Source: an uncultured Chloroflexia bacterium (lineage in GTDB: Bacteria; Chloroflexota; Limnocylindria; Limnocylindrales; CSP1-4). Taken from it: a stretch of 64,000 bases of DNA. Each line of letters begins with the position of its first letter. Positions within the stretch are counted from its first letter, which is position 1. Positions 8,879 through 18,991 of the stretch are shown here, piece after piece. The stretch spans positions 352,001 through 416,000 of the forward strand of contig CAVVJT010000007.1 in NCBI GenBank assembly GCA_963748625.1, in the 5' to 3' direction. The position numbers and the translations under genes are program-made. The notes under the pieces are model-generated. The model was not told where the DNA came from and did not search any database. It saw only the letters and a program-made list of their open reading frames with translations.

Positions 8879-10320
8879 GCGGCGACGACCCGATGACCGG
8901 CGCCACCGGGATGCCCGGCGCCGTCCCTGAAGCCGGCGTCGCCACCGACTTCACCGCCTTCGACCGCCTCGTGGAGGAGCGTCTCGGCGGCTGGGTGGAG
9001 GAGCTGCGCGAGTTCCTGCGGATCCCGTCCGTGGGCGGCGACGACGCCGCACTGCGCGACGCCGCCGCGTGGACGGCCGAGCGCCTCCGTCGCGCCGGCG
9101 CCACGGTGGACGTGGTGGAGCTGGCCGGCGCTCCCCCGCTGGTCGTCGGTGAGATGGGCGACGGCCCGCGCACGCTGCTCAACGTCGTCCATTACGACGT
9201 GCAGCCGGTGGAGCCGCTGGAGCTCTGGACGGACCCGCCGTACGACCCGGTGGTCCGCGACGGCCGCGTCTACGCCCGCGGCGCCACGGACAACAAGGGG
9301 GAGATGCTGCCCCGCATCTGGGCGCTCGAGGCCTATCGCGACGCCATCGGCCCCCTGCCCGTCCGGGTCCGCCACCTCGTGGAGGGCCAGGAGGAGACCG
9401 GGAGCGGCGCGCTCGACGCACTCCTTGACCTGCGCCCCCACTACCGGGAGGGCGACGCGGCCCTGATCGAAGGCGGCGACCTCGACTTCGAGGGGCGGGC
9501 CACCGTCTACGGCGGCGGCAAGGGCATGGTCGTGCTCGAGCTCGTCTGCCGGACCATCGCCCACGACGCCCACTCCAGCGCCTCGGTCGTGCTGCCCAAC
9601 GCCGCCCATCGCCTGGTCAAGGCGCTCGCCACCTGCTGGGATGACGAGGGGCGACCGGCCATCGAGGGGCTTTCCGCCGGCGCCCGCACCCCGACACCCG
9701 ACCAGCTCGAGGCCATCCGGACCACCGACCTGCAGCTGCTCGCCGACATTCGCGCGGAGTTCGGCGTGGAGCAGTTCGTGGGCGGGCTCGATGGGGTCGA
9801 TGCGCTCGAGGCGCTGACGTTCCAGACGACGCTCAACATCCAGGGCCTGTGGTCGGGTCATACGGACGCGACGCCCAAGACGGTCACGCCCGCGGAGGCA
9901 CGCGTCCGCCTCGACATCCGGATCATCCCGGACCAGGACCCGCCCGAGGTCACCGCGGCCGTGCGCCGCCACCTCGAGCGCCACGGCTTCGGCGACATCA
10001 ACGTCATCGAGCGCGAGGGCGAGCGCGCCTGGTGGACGCCACCCGCCCATCCCGTCGTGCAGCTGGCCAAGGTGGTGTCCGAGGAGGTCACGGGCATGCC
10101 CGCCAGCGTGGGGGTGTCGATGCCCGGGACCGTGCCGATGTACCAGGTGTGCGCGCTGCACCGGGTGCCCGCCACCATGCTGGGCGCCGGGCGCGCCGAC
10201 GGGAACCTGCACGCGCCCGATGAGAACATCCGGATCGAGGACCTGGCGACGGCCGTGCGAATGATGGGCCGGTTCGTGGACGCGCTCGCGCGTCTCCCCG
10301 AGGTGCCGAGGGTTCCCTGA
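8875..10320 (+). CDS. M20/M25/M40 metallo-dipeptidase/deacylase
   Basis: HYDVQP, ARGATDNKG, EGQEETGS, DAHSS, NLHAPDE; ATGA overlap with the upstream gene. Confidence 0.9.
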   Translation: MSGDDPMTGATGMPGAVPEAGVATDFTAFDRLVEERLGGWVEELREFLRIPSVGGDDAALRDAAAWTAERLRRAGATVDVVELAGAPPLVVGEMGDGPRTLLNVVHYDVQPVEPLELWTDPPYDPVVRDGRVYARGATDNKGEMLPRIWALEAYRDAIGPLPVRVRHLVEGQEETGSGALDALLDLRPHYREGDAALIEGGDLDFEGRATVYGGGKGMVVLELVCRTIAHDAHSSASVVLPNAAHRLVKALATCWDDEGRPAIEGLSAGARTPTPDQLEAIRTTDLQLLADIRAEFGVEQFVGGLDGVDALEALTFQTTLNIQGLWSGHTDATPKTVTPAEARVRLDIRIIPDQDPPEVTAAVRRHLERHGFGDINVIEREGERAWWTPPAHPVVQLAKVVSEEVTGMPASVGVSMPGTVPMYQVCALHRVPATMLGAGRADGNLHAPDENIRIEDLATAVRMMGRFVDALARLPEVPRVP

Positions 10321-10323
10321 CCG

Positions 10324-11028
10324 CTACGGGATCTGGACCGAGCCGCCCCCTGCGACCTCGACGGTCTGGCTGGCCGGCTGCTGGGTCAGCGTGAGCGTTG
10401 AGCCGCCTTCGGCGGCACCGGAGACCGACCCGCTGATCGACATGGTGGCAGCCGAGCCATCGGTCAGCTTGACCGTGGCGTCCACCACCTTGAACTCCGC
10501 GAGCTCGGCGTGGGATCCCTGGGCCATGGACAGCGTGACGTTGGGCGAGTCGCCGATCGCGGTCAGGATGGCCCCGCCCGAGATGTCGAGGCGGATGTCG
10601 TCAACCGTGGATTCGAGGGTGCCGATGCTTCCGCCGGCGATCGCGACGGACGTGATCGAGATCGCGTGGATGGTGATCCGCGGGTAGTTCTCGTCGCTGG
10701 TGGTGAAGCCCGGGGAGACCATGCTCACCACCAGCTGGCCGTCCACGATCTCGGTGCTCAGGAGCGGAAGCACGTTCTCCTGCGCCTCGACCGTGACCTT
10801 GGCCTCGTTCGCCTCACCGATCACCACCTTCACGGGCGCGCTGACGCTGATGCGCGTGAACTCGCCCTGCGTGCGGTCCTCGGTGACCATGCCGCCTTCC
10901 CCGGCGACGGGGGTGGCCGCCGGCGCCCACGAGATGTCGCCACAGCCGGCGAGGACACCGGTCAGCGAGAGCGCGGCGGCGGCAACGAGCAGGAGGCGGG
11001 TGACGCGGCGGGGCGCGCGTGCTGGCAT
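10324..11028 (-). CDS. DUF2807/head-GIN-domain lipoprotein
   Basis: Lipobox LAGC; FTRISVS...VTVEAQENVLPLLSTEIVDGQL and repeated S/G-G-S beta-helix-like units. Confidence 0.75.
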   Translation of the reverse strand: MPARAPRRVTRLLLVAAAALSLTGVLAGCGDISWAPAATPVAGEGGMVTEDRTQGEFTRISVSAPVKVVIGEANEAKVTVEAQENVLPLLSTEIVDGQLVVSMVSPGFTTSDENYPRITIHAISITSVAIAGGSIGTLESTVDDIRLDISGGAILTAIGDSPNVTLSMAQGSHAELAEFKVVDATVKLTDGSAATMSISGSVSGAAEGGSTLTLTQQPASQTVEVAGGGSVQIP

Positions 11029-11221
11029 GGTGTGACTCCGAGCGGCAGGACCACCGAGAGGATGCCCTGCCGCGGTCCGGCGAGGACGGGCCGGATCGGC
11101 CCCTTCGGGGGGCCGCAGGTCCGTACATGGCGGGCCGGTCGGGCCGGCGCCTCGTGCCAGTGCGGCCGAGCCAGGACCTTCGAGCCGGCCCTGCGCCCGA
11201 CGCCGGGGTCAGTCGGCAGGA

Positions 11222-11941
11222 TTAGCCCTCGACCTCCACCATCGCGTCGCCCAACGCGAGGACGGTGGGCTGGTCGAGGCCGGAGGCGACGAGCAGCCAG
11301 CTGGGGCTGAGGCCACGGTCCACGACGATCGCGAGACCACCGTCATCGAGACCCACCAGCGTGCCGCCGAGGTTGCCGAGTCCGGCTTCCCCCAGCTCGC
11401 CACCCGCCGGGACGCAGCCGTCATCATCGCTGCAGAACGCGCCCTCCGAGAGCGACAGCGTGGCACCGCCGGGCCCCTTGTACGAGATCAGGACCTTGCC
11501 CCCGTTCGCCTTGCGGTAGGAGCCCTCGGACACGAACCATCCCTTGGGCAGCACGGCGCACAGGACCGGCCAGTCCACGGCGTTCGCGGCCGCCTGGAAG
11601 AAGGAGCGGTTGGCATCGCTGCCGCTGCAGGCGGCAGCGCCGGTGGCGGTCACGGACGGCGAGGCTGCCTCGGTCTCCGGGGGCGCTTCGGTCCCGGTCG
11701 GTGCCTCGGTCTGCGCGAGGGTCGGCTCCCCGGTCTCGACTGCTGGGTCATCGGTCGCCGGGACCACGGGCGTTGCCTCGCCGGAGGCGGGGCCATCGGT
11801 CGAGCCGGCGCCTGCCGTCGCGGCGGGTGTCGTGCCCGGCGCACCGCTGCCAGTCGCGGCAGGCGTGGCGGACGTGCCGCCACTGCAGGCAGCGAGCACG
11901 AGGGCCAGCGCGACGATCAGGCTCGGACGGAGGTGACGCAC
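11222..11941 (-). CDS. Hypothetical lipoprotein with Ala/Thr/Pro linker and Cys-containing C-terminal domain
   Basis: GTG start, lipobox LAAC, low-complexity linker, WPVLCAVLPKGW. Confidence 0.7.
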   Translation of the reverse strand: MRHLRPSLIVALALVLAACSGGTSATPAATGSGAPGTTPAATAGAGSTDGPASGEATPVVPATDDPAVETGEPTLAQTEAPTGTEAPPETEAASPSVTATGAAACSGSDANRSFFQAAANAVDWPVLCAVLPKGWFVSEGSYRKANGGKVLISYKGPGGATLSLSEGAFCSDDDGCVPAGGELGEAGLGNLGGTLVGLDDGGLAIVVDRGLSPSWLLVASGLDQPTVLALGDAMVEVEG

Positions 11942-11975
11942 AAAGGGAGCGTACCGGCAGCGCGGTGAAGGCGCT

Positions 11976-12794
11976 TCAGGAGGGGCCGAACGACCGGGCC
12001 ACGCCGAACGCGGCACGCCGCGCGGCACGCCGGAGCGTCAGCAGGACCGCCGATCCGACCAGCGCGATCAGCAGGACGTTGGTGACGGCACGCCCGATGT
12101 TCCAGGCCATCGAGGTGATCAGCGAGAAGAGGAGCAGACGACGCAGGTTCTCCTCCACTGGCGCGCCGGGGACGAACGAGAGCGCCGGATCCTCGGCGAC
12201 GACGAAGGGCCAGAACCAGAGGTCCATCAGCAGTCCGAAGGCGACGGACGCGACCGCGCAGTAGACCATGAGCATCACGATCTCGGCCTTGCCGCGCAGC
12301 GGCGGGAGCAGCCCGGCCCCAAGTCCCACCCATGACGCCGCGAGCATCTGGAACGGGAGCCACGGGCCGATGCCGCCGCTCAGCAGCGCGGACGTGAAGA
12401 GCGTCGTCGAGCCGAGGACGAACCCGAACCCGGGTCCGAACACGCGCCCCGCGAGGACGAGCAGGAAGAAGACCGCCTCGATACCGGCGGTCCCAGCGCC
12501 CAGTGGTCGCAGGGCCGCCCCCATCGCCGACAGCACGCCCAGCATGGCCAGCGCCTTGGTGTCGATGCCCCCGGAGGAGAGCTGGCTCATCATCACCACC
12601 AGGAGGACCGGGAGGACGAGCACGAACACGAACGGCGCATCCGAGCCGTGGCCGATCCCGGCGCCGGCCACGGGGGCGGGCGCGATGAACAGCGGCCAGA
12701 AGAAGGCCGCGAGCGACGCGACCGACGCGACGATGAGGACGAGGCGCGCCTGGCGCCCCACGGCGACCGCGCCCGCCGGCCGGCCCGCGTTCAT
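11976..12794 (-). CDS. ECF transporter S component (probably cobalamin; CbrT-like)
   Basis: Multi-TM protein with LAMLGVLSA, RVFGPGFGF, GGIGPWLPFQM; last gene of the riboswitch operon; ATGA overlap. Confidence 0.85.
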   Translation of the reverse strand: MNAGRPAGAVAVGRQARLVLIVASVASLAAFFWPLFIAPAPVAGAGIGHGSDAPFVFVLVLPVLLVVMMSQLSSGGIDTKALAMLGVLSAMGAALRPLGAGTAGIEAVFFLLVLAGRVFGPGFGFVLGSTTLFTSALLSGGIGPWLPFQMLAASWVGLGAGLLPPLRGKAEIVMLMVYCAVASVAFGLLMDLWFWPFVVAEDPALSFVPGAPVEENLRRLLLFSLITSMAWNIGRAVTNVLLIALVGSAVLLTLRRAARRAAFGVARSFGPS

Positions 12795-14485
12795 GGTGCG
12801 GCGTCCGGTGCGGCGTCCGGTGCGGTGTCCGGTGCGGCGTCCGGTGCGGTGTCCGGTGCGGTGTCCGGTGCGGTGCGGCCCAGCGCCTCGGCAACGTCGT
12901 CCACGCAGAGCCACCGCTCTGGGGCGAGGATCCGGGCGACCTGCGGTGCGAAGGCGGGCGATGCGGTCAGGATCTCCGTGGCCGGCCCTGCGGCGATGAT
13001 CTCGCCCTGCGCCATCACGATGACGTCCGTGGCGACCGTCGCGACGAACTCGACGTCATGCGTCGAGAGGAGGATCGGCCGACCCTGGCCGGCCAGCGTC
13101 CGGATGATCTCCGCGAGCCGTGTCTTGGCGACGTAGTCGAGGCCGCGCGTGGGCTCGTCGAGGAGGAAGACCCGGGGGTCCGCGATGAGCTGGATCGCGA
13201 GCACGAGCGCGAGACGCTGTCCCTCGGACAGGTCGCGCGGGTGGCTCGCGGGGTCGATCCCGGTCACCAGCCTGTCGAGCAGCGCATGGCAGCTCCCGGC
13301 CTCGGCCCCGGTCTCACGATCCGCCTGCCGGCACTCGGCGTCGACCGAGTCGAGGTACAGCAGGTCGGACGGCGACTGCGGCACAAGCCCCACCAGCCGC
13401 CGTGCCTCGGCCGGCCCGAGCGTGGCCGGGTCGCGGCCGTCCACTGCGACCGTCCCAGCGTGGCGGCGGCCGGAGCCCTGCACGGCCCACAGGAGCGACG
13501 ACTTGCCGGAGCCGTTGCGGCCCATGAGCGCCGTCACGGCTCCCGGGCGCAGGGTGAGGTCCACCGACCTGACCGCGGCGACGTCCCCGTACCGGACCGA
13601 GACGCCGCGGGCCACCAGCACGGGTGCGGCCGTTGTGCTCGCGCCGGTCTCGTGCGGGCGAACGGGCTCGAGGCCGGCCAGCCGCGCACGCAGCTGCGGG
13701 GCGCGTCGACGCGCATCCCGCACCGAGAGGGGCGGCGGCTCCCAGCCCGCGAGACGGCCAAGCTCGATCACCGCCGGCACACGATCCATGCCCGCCAGGA
13801 TTGCGGCCGGCGTGCCGGTGACCACCGATCCGTCGCCGCTGACGTGCAGCATCTGGTCGGCAAAGCCGATGACGCGCTCCAGCCGGTGCTCGGCCAGGAT
13901 CACGGTCAGGCCGAGATCGTGGACGAGGCGCGTGATCGCCGAGAGCACCTCCTCGGCGGCCGTCGGGTCCAGGGCGGACGTCGGCTCGTCCAGGACGAGG
14001 ATCCGGGGGTGGGCGGTCAGGGCCGCGCCGATGGCGACCCGCTGCTGCTGGCCGCCCGACAGGGTCCGCATCGGCCGGTCGCGCAGGTCCGCGATGCCCA
14101 GGAGGTCCAGCGTCTCCTCGACCCGCTTGCGCATGGTGGACGGCGGAACGGCCAGGTGCTCCATGACGTACGCGAGCTCGTCCTCCACGCGATCGGTGAC
14201 GAAACCCGAGAGGGGGTCCTGCCCGACGTAGCCCACCACGTCGGCGAGCTCGCGCGGCGGATGATCCCGGGTCTCGCGGCCCGCCACGAGCACGCGTCCC
14301 TCGAGACGGCCACCCGTGAAGTGCGGGACGAGGCCGTTGACCGCTCCGAGCAGCGTGGACTTGCCGGACCCGGTCGGGCCGACGACCACGCACAGGGTGC
14401 CCTCGTCGACCTGCACATCGACATCGCGCAGCACTGGCTGTCGGGCGTCCGGGTAGGTGACCGACACACGGTCGAACGTGATCAT
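12791..14485 (-). CDS. ECF transporter fused double ABC ATPase
   Basis: Two Walker A motifs (GPTGSGKST, GRNGSGKSS), LSGGQQQ and LSEGQR signatures, two LDEPT; ATGA overlaps at both ends. Confidence 0.92.
   Translation of the reverse strand: MITFDRVSVTYPDARQPVLRDVDVQVDEGTLCVVVGPTGSGKSTLLGAVNGLVPHFTGGRLEGRVLVAGRETRDHPPRELADVVGYVGQDPLSGFVTDRVEDELAYVMEHLAVPPSTMRKRVEETLDLLGIADLRDRPMRTLSGGQQQRVAIGAALTAHPRILVLDEPTSALDPTAAEEVLSAITRLVHDLGLTVILAEHRLERVIGFADQMLHVSGDGSVVTGTPAAILAGMDRVPAVIELGRLAGWEPPPLSVRDARRRAPQLRARLAGLEPVRPHETGASTTAAPVLVARGVSVRYGDVAAVRSVDLTLRPGAVTALMGRNGSGKSSLLWAVQGSGRRHAGTVAVDGRDPATLGPAEARRLVGLVPQSPSDLLYLDSVDAECRQADRETGAEAGSCHALLDRLVTGIDPASHPRDLSEGQRLALVLAIQLIADPRVFLLDEPTRGLDYVAKTRLAEIIRTLAGQGRPILLSTHDVEFVATVATDVIVMAQGEIIAAGPATEILTASPAFAPQVARILAPERWLCVDDVAEALGRTAPDTAPDTAPDAAPDTAPDAAPDAAP
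12795..12873. repeat. 12-bp tandem repeat (GGTGCGG[C/T]GTCC x6 plus partial) encoding the APDT/APDA tail of the ATPase
   Basis: Read directly from the sequence. Confidence 0.9.
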
Positions 14486-15651
14486 GTCGCCGTCGCTCCC
14501 GGGCGACCCACCAGGGCCGGGGCATCGCTCGCCACGGGGGCCGCCAGGCGGACGGGAGGCGCGACCCACGCGGGCAGCATGGCCACGAGGATGCCGGCCG
14601 AGGCGAGGGGCACGAAGACCGGCCACTCGAGCGGCACGATTGACGGATGGAGGGCGGCCGGGTCGATGCTGCCCGCGGCGAACATGGCGATGGCGCTCGT
14701 CACGCCCGTGAGGGCCACGATCGTCTCCGGGATGTGCCAGGTGTCCGGGCGGTAGGCCGTCCGCTGGATCCGCCGGCCACCGAGCCACATCCCGGCCATG
14801 CCCATCGTGACCCCGAGCACCATCATCGGCAGGCCGAGCCAGCCAGGTGACGATCCGTCCAGCAGCCCGTAGAGCCCGACACAGATGCCCCCGAGCCCTG
14901 CGATCACCAGGCCGCCGGTCAACCGGCGCGTGCGGACCGGCACGTGCGCCATCCGGCCGTACCCCCGGGCGTCCATGGCAGCCGCGAGGCTGAGCGACCG
15001 GTCAAGCGCATCCTGCAGGACGGGCATGAACAACCCGAGCATGGCCCGGAAGCCCTTGGTGCTGCCACCGCGGATCCGACGCGCGCGCCTGACCCGGAGC
15101 ACGCTCTCGATCAGCTGTGGGGCCATCGTCAGGGCGACGACGAGGGTGGAGCCGATCTCGTAGAGGGCATTGGGGACGAGGCGCAGGAGACGCCTCGCGT
15201 CCGCCAGCACGTTGGCGGCGCCGATGCACAGGATCAGCGTTGCGAGCCGCAGGCCATCATAGAACGCGGCGAGGATGCTCTCGAGGGTGACGGGTCCCCC
15301 GAACCCGATGCCCTCCATCCAGTCCGGCAGCGGGAGCTCCGGCAGCACGAAGATCACGTGGGTGCCGTAGTCGCCACCGAAGAGGACCCGGAGCCCGACG
15401 CGCAGCGCGACGACGACGCCGGCAAGGATGAGGTACGCCCCGAAATAGCGGGCCCACGGGGCATCGCTGCGGCGCTCGTTCACCACGACGAGCAGGACCG
15501 CGATGATCAGCCCGAGGAGCAGCGGATTGGTCGTGTGACTTGCCGCGGCCGCAAGCCCCAGGGCCCAGGTCCACCACGCGAGCGGGTGGAGCGCACGTGG
15601 AAGCCGCCCCCCTGCAGCGCCGCGGTCCCGCTGGACGTCGGACGTCGTCAG
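14482..15651 (-). CDS. ecfT: ECF transmembrane T component (EcfT/CbiQ family), probable CTG start
   Basis: AMDARGYG and ARRIRG motifs. The open frame upstream of the track start encodes [26 protein letters not shown]. The only plausible start is CTG at 15651, overlapping the upstream TGA and preceded by GGAGG. Confidence 0.8.
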   Translation of the reverse strand: MTTSDVQRDRGAAGGRLPRALHPLAWWTWALGLAAAASHTTNPLLLGLIIAVLLVVVNERRSDAPWARYFGAYLILAGVVVALRVGLRVLFGGDYGTHVIFVLPELPLPDWMEGIGFGGPVTLESILAAFYDGLRLATLILCIGAANVLADARRLLRLVPNALYEIGSTLVVALTMAPQLIESVLRVRRARRIRGGSTKGFRAMLGLFMPVLQDALDRSLSLAAAMDARGYGRMAHVPVRTRRLTGGLVIAGLGGICVGLYGLLDGSSPGWLGLPMMVLGVTMGMAGMWLGGRRIQRTAYRPDTWHIPETIVALTGVTSAIAMFAAGSIDPAALHPSIVPLEWPVFVPLASAGILVAMLPAWVAPPVRLAAPVASDAPALVGRPGATAT

Positions 15652-16583
15652 GTCCTCCTCCGGCGGCCCATGATGCCGAGGCCCAGGACGAGCACGACGA
15701 TCACGAGCGCGATACCCAGGAGGGTCCCGACCGGTGGCGCCGATGCGGCGGGGGATGGGTCGGGAGCGGGGGCGTCGCCCGGTGGTGTGCTGTCGGCCGG
15801 CGGTCCGGACGGCGCGCCGGCCACGACGCCGGCCACGGCCGAGGACGACGGGTCCGGCCCGGCCGGGGAGCCGTCGGGCATCGGGACCGATGTTGGCGTG
15901 GGCGTTGGGTCAGCGTCGGGCGAGGGTGTCGGGACGGGTGACACGGCCAGACCAGGCGTCGCCTGCGGCTTCGACGACGGCGTTCGGGTGGGCTTCGGCG
16001 TCGGCTTGGGCGTGGGCTTGGGCGTGGGCTTCGGCGTGAGCTTCGGGCTGGGTGTCGGCTTGGGCGTGGGCTTGGGCGTGGGCTTGGGCGTGGCAGCTGC
16101 GACCTTCGGCGGGTCGATGCCCGGCGGCGGCGGACCACTGCCGGCCGTGTCCTCCGCCCACGACCAGCCCTCGACCGTCCCGGGGGCGGGCGTGCGGCTG
16201 CCGGGACCCTTCTGCCCGTACTTCCACGTCCCGCCGGCGTCCGCATTCCAGTACGACCAGTACGCGTTGGCCGGCGGCGTGTTGACGCATGCCTCACGGT
16301 CGGGGCCAGGCTGGCCGTCAAGCCGGCACACGAACCCCGGCATGCTCGAGGGCTGGACGACGGTGAATCCGGCCTTCGCCAGCGTCTCGAAGCCGTTCCC
16401 GGGCGTGCCCTTGGCACAGCGCACCACGACGCCACCACCCAGCTGGTGGAAGTCCACCACCACCGTGACCCCGGTCGTCCCGGGACACGCACCGCTGGAC
16501 GCATGCACGCTGGGCGTCGTCCAGGCCGCCACACTGGTGACCAGCGCGAGCGCCACGAGCAGCGAGGCGAGTCGACGTGACAT
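15648..16583 (-). CDS. Membrane-anchored protein with transcobalamin-C-terminal-like (DUF4430-like) domain and PTPK stalk
   Basis: Signal peptide; GFVCRLDG...YWSYW...PGTVEGWSW; Pro/Thr/Lys linker; C-terminal TM helix followed by RRRR. Confidence 0.7.
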   Translation of the reverse strand: MSRRLASLLVALALVTSVAAWTTPSVHASSGACPGTTGVTVVVDFHQLGGGVVVRCAKGTPGNGFETLAKAGFTVVQPSSMPGFVCRLDGQPGPDREACVNTPPANAYWSYWNADAGGTWKYGQKGPGSRTPAPGTVEGWSWAEDTAGSGPPPPGIDPPKVAAATPKPTPKPTPKPTPSPKLTPKPTPKPTPKPTPKPTRTPSSKPQATPGLAVSPVPTPSPDADPTPTPTSVPMPDGSPAGPDPSSSAVAGVVAGAPSGPPADSTPPGDAPAPDPSPAASAPPVGTLLGIALVIVVLVLGLGIMGRRRRT

Positions 16584-16647
16584 CGCGTGCACCCTCACAG
16601 CAGGGATCCGCGCCCGCCGGACGAACGGGCGCGAACCTCCTGCGCTC

Positions 16648-18576
16648 TCACTTCACGATGACGAGCGCGTCCACATCGATCCGTGGCTGCCCTGCGGTCC
16701 CGTTGGCCACGATCCGCAGGGTGTGCCTGTTGCTCGATGCGAACGACTTCGCGTAGACGAGGATCCGGCTGGCGGCCGGGTCGCTCAGGTTGACCGTCCC
16801 GACCTTCCTGCCGTCGAGGAAGAGCGTGGCCTTGCCACGGTTCCTCCCCTCGGGGGCGACCCAGGCGATGCCACGCCCGGTGAAGGTGATCGAAGCGGAC
16901 GCGCCTCGCGACGTGGTGGAGTGCAGGGTCGCTCCCGATGCCGACGCCGGCGCGGAGGTGGTCCAGGCACCCTTGTAGGTGACTTTCGCGCTGCGGTCGT
17001 CGACCAGCGAGACCGTGAGCGCCGGGCCGGTCTTCCAGGCCGACGTGTTGCCGGAGGCATCTGTGGCCTTGAGGCGGTAGCGGTGGCTCGCCGCGCCGGC
17101 GGCCAGGGTCGCGGTGCGGGAGTTGGCAGTCGGTGACGACAGCGTGACGCCCGCGTACGTGGTCCCTCCATCCGCGGAGCGCTCGAGCGTGAATGCGTCG
17201 ATGCCGGCGACGTTGTCCGTGCCGGACCAGGCGACCTTGACCGGGACGGCGGTGCCGGTGAGCTGCTGGCCGACGCGCAGGCTGACGACGGGCGTCGTGA
17301 CCACGGGCGCGGTGGTGTCAACGGTGACCCGGTTCGACAGCTCCGAGGACGGGCTCATCCCCGCATCGCTGATGGCGACCACGGAGAACCGGTACTTGCC
17401 ATCGGGAAGGCCCGTGACGACGCACATGCCCGCCGTGATCGGTCGCGGCGTGCATGCGTGCGAACCGGACTCCGACTGGGCGAGGTAGGTGAGGATCGGG
17501 CTGCCGCCATCCTGCGCCGGCGCCGTCCACAGCACCGTCGCCTGGCCGACGCCCGCGATGGCGGTGACGGCGGTCGGGGCATCGGGCGGGCACGCGAGGG
17601 TCGGAGCCGTCGCGGTTGCGCCCGCGATGCTGAGCTGGTCGAGGCGCCCGGCCCCGAACCCGAGGACGGCCTGCGGGGTGGACATCAGGAGGTAGTCGGT
17701 GCCACCGGCTGCCCACGGGATCGCGCCGATGTTCGCTGCCGCGGCGTCGCACCCGAGCTGCACGCTGGCGGTCCAGGCTGCGGCCCGGTCTGCCTCGGCG
17801 GTGTGGCCGAGGACGCGGTACGCCTGGCCGGCAGCGGCGGTGCTGCTGGAGTTCGCGGTGCCGAAGGAGGACAGGGAGCCGTCTGCCGCCTGCTGGGCCA
17901 GCAGCCAGGCGTCGGCCTTGCCGAGGGCGGTCGTCTCGCCGGCGGCCTGGAGGGCCTGGATGGCGATGGCGGTGCTGTCCGGATCCGGGGACCAGCTGGG
18001 GCAGCTGCCGTCGTACGAGTAGTCGCCGTCGGTGCACTGCCGGTCGGCAAGCCAGCCAACTGCCTCGTCGGGGATGCCGTTACCGGTCGCGGAAAGCGCG
18101 AGAATGCCGATCGCCTGCTCGAACACCTGCGCGCCGCCGATGTGGCCCTCGTCATCGCCGGTGCCGGCGACAAGGCTGCGAAGCTCGGCCTCGAGGTCGT
18201 GGCCACCGAAGGCGTGGATGTCACCTCCGCCGGCGGCGACCGCGAGCAGGACCTTGCCGAGGGCGCCGGCCTGACTCGTCCCAGGGGCGATGTACGAGTC
18301 GACCTTGGCCTCCAACTGGCCCAGCGCGGCCGTGGCGGCATCAGCCCCCACGCCTGCGGCCGCGAACGCGATGACCGCGTCCGCGAGGTTGCTCGCTGTG
18401 AGCTCTCCCGCGGCGACCTGCCCGGCCAGCCAGCCGGCGGCGGCCTGGCCCGGGTCGGCGGTCCTGGCCGGCAACGGTGTCGCGCCGACCGGCGTGGCGG
18501 CAAGCGGTGAGATGACCAGTACGCCCGTGAGCAGGATCGCCCGCCCGACGCGCACCCATGTCCGCGGAGTGCCCAA
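16648..18576 (-). CDS. Secreted prenyltransferase/squalene-oxidase-repeat (alpha/alpha toroid) protein with FN3 domain and C-terminal beta module
   Basis: AAGGAG RBS plus TTG; [10 protein letters not shown] and [10 protein letters not shown] repeats; [10 protein letters not shown]; FN3 (PDAPTAV...WTAP...DGGSPILTY...YRFSVVA). Confidence 0.8.
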   Translation of the reverse strand: MGTPRTWVRVGRAILLTGVLVISPLAATPVGATPLPARTADPGQAAAGWLAGQVAAGELTASNLADAVIAFAAAGVGADAATAALGQLEAKVDSYIAPGTSQAGALGKVLLAVAAGGGDIHAFGGHDLEAELRSLVAGTGDDEGHIGGAQVFEQAIGILALSATGNGIPDEAVGWLADRQCTDGDYSYDGSCPSWSPDPDSTAIAIQALQAAGETTALGKADAWLLAQQAADGSLSSFGTANSSSTAAAGQAYRVLGHTAEADRAAAWTASVQLGCDAAAANIGAIPWAAGGTDYLLMSTPQAVLGFGAGRLDQLSIAGATATAPTLACPPDAPTAVTAIAGVGQATVLWTAPAQDGGSPILTYLAQSESGSHACTPRPITAGMCVVTGLPDGKYRFSVVAISDAGMSPSSELSNRVTVDTTAPVVTTPVVSLRVGQQLTGTAVPVKVAWSGTDNVAGIDAFTLERSADGGTTYAGVTLSSPTANSRTATLAAGAASHRYRLKATDASGNTSAWKTGPALTVSLVDDRSAKVTYKGAWTTSAPASASGATLHSTTSRGASASITFTGRGIAWVAPEGRNRGKATLFLDGRKVGTVNLSDPAASRILVYAKSFASSNRHTLRIVANGTAGQPRIDVDALVIVK

Positions 18577-18638
18577 CGTCGTTCTCCTTGACGAGGGCCG
18601 CCGGAGTTGCGGTCGGGACCCGGGCCCGCCGAGTGGCC

Positions 18639-18675
18639 AAGGAAATCGCCCACCCGTCAGCCGACGAATGGGCGA
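18639..18675 (-). terminator. Leader terminator-like hairpin (riboswitch expression platform)
   Basis: Minus strand TCGCCCATTCGTC-GGCT-GACGGGTGGGCGA forms 13 bp, followed by TTTCCTT. Confidence 0.6.
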
Positions 18676-18700
18676 GGTCAGTGGTTCAGTCTGCGTTCCG

Positions 18701-18826
18701 GACTCCGCCCGCTAACCTCGACGGGTGTGGAGTCGAGCCTCATCGGGCAGGCATTCCGGCTCGCCGTGGGATCACGGCATACGGTTGCGGGTCAGCGCCG
18801 GCGTCACACCGGCTTCCCCTGCCTGA
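18701..18826 (-). ncRNA. Cobalamin riboswitch (compact form) including P13 hairpin
   Basis: Minus strand GGCAGGGGAAGCCGGTGTGACGCCGGCGCTGACCCGCAACCGTA...GAGCCGGAATGCCTGCC matches the B12-element core and B12 box; it lies upstream of an ECF operon. Confidence 0.92.
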
Positions 18827-18991
18827 CAAGGCATTGTCGTTACGCGCCGAAGCCTACACCTCGACAGGGGCGCGCGCGACCCCTTCCGACGCGACGATCC
18901 GGCATAAGTGGCGCATAAGGCGGCCTGCCCACACTGGCCACCTCGCCCTCCTCCCGCCACTAGCCAACACCCGCCGGAGGAGGTCCATTCG

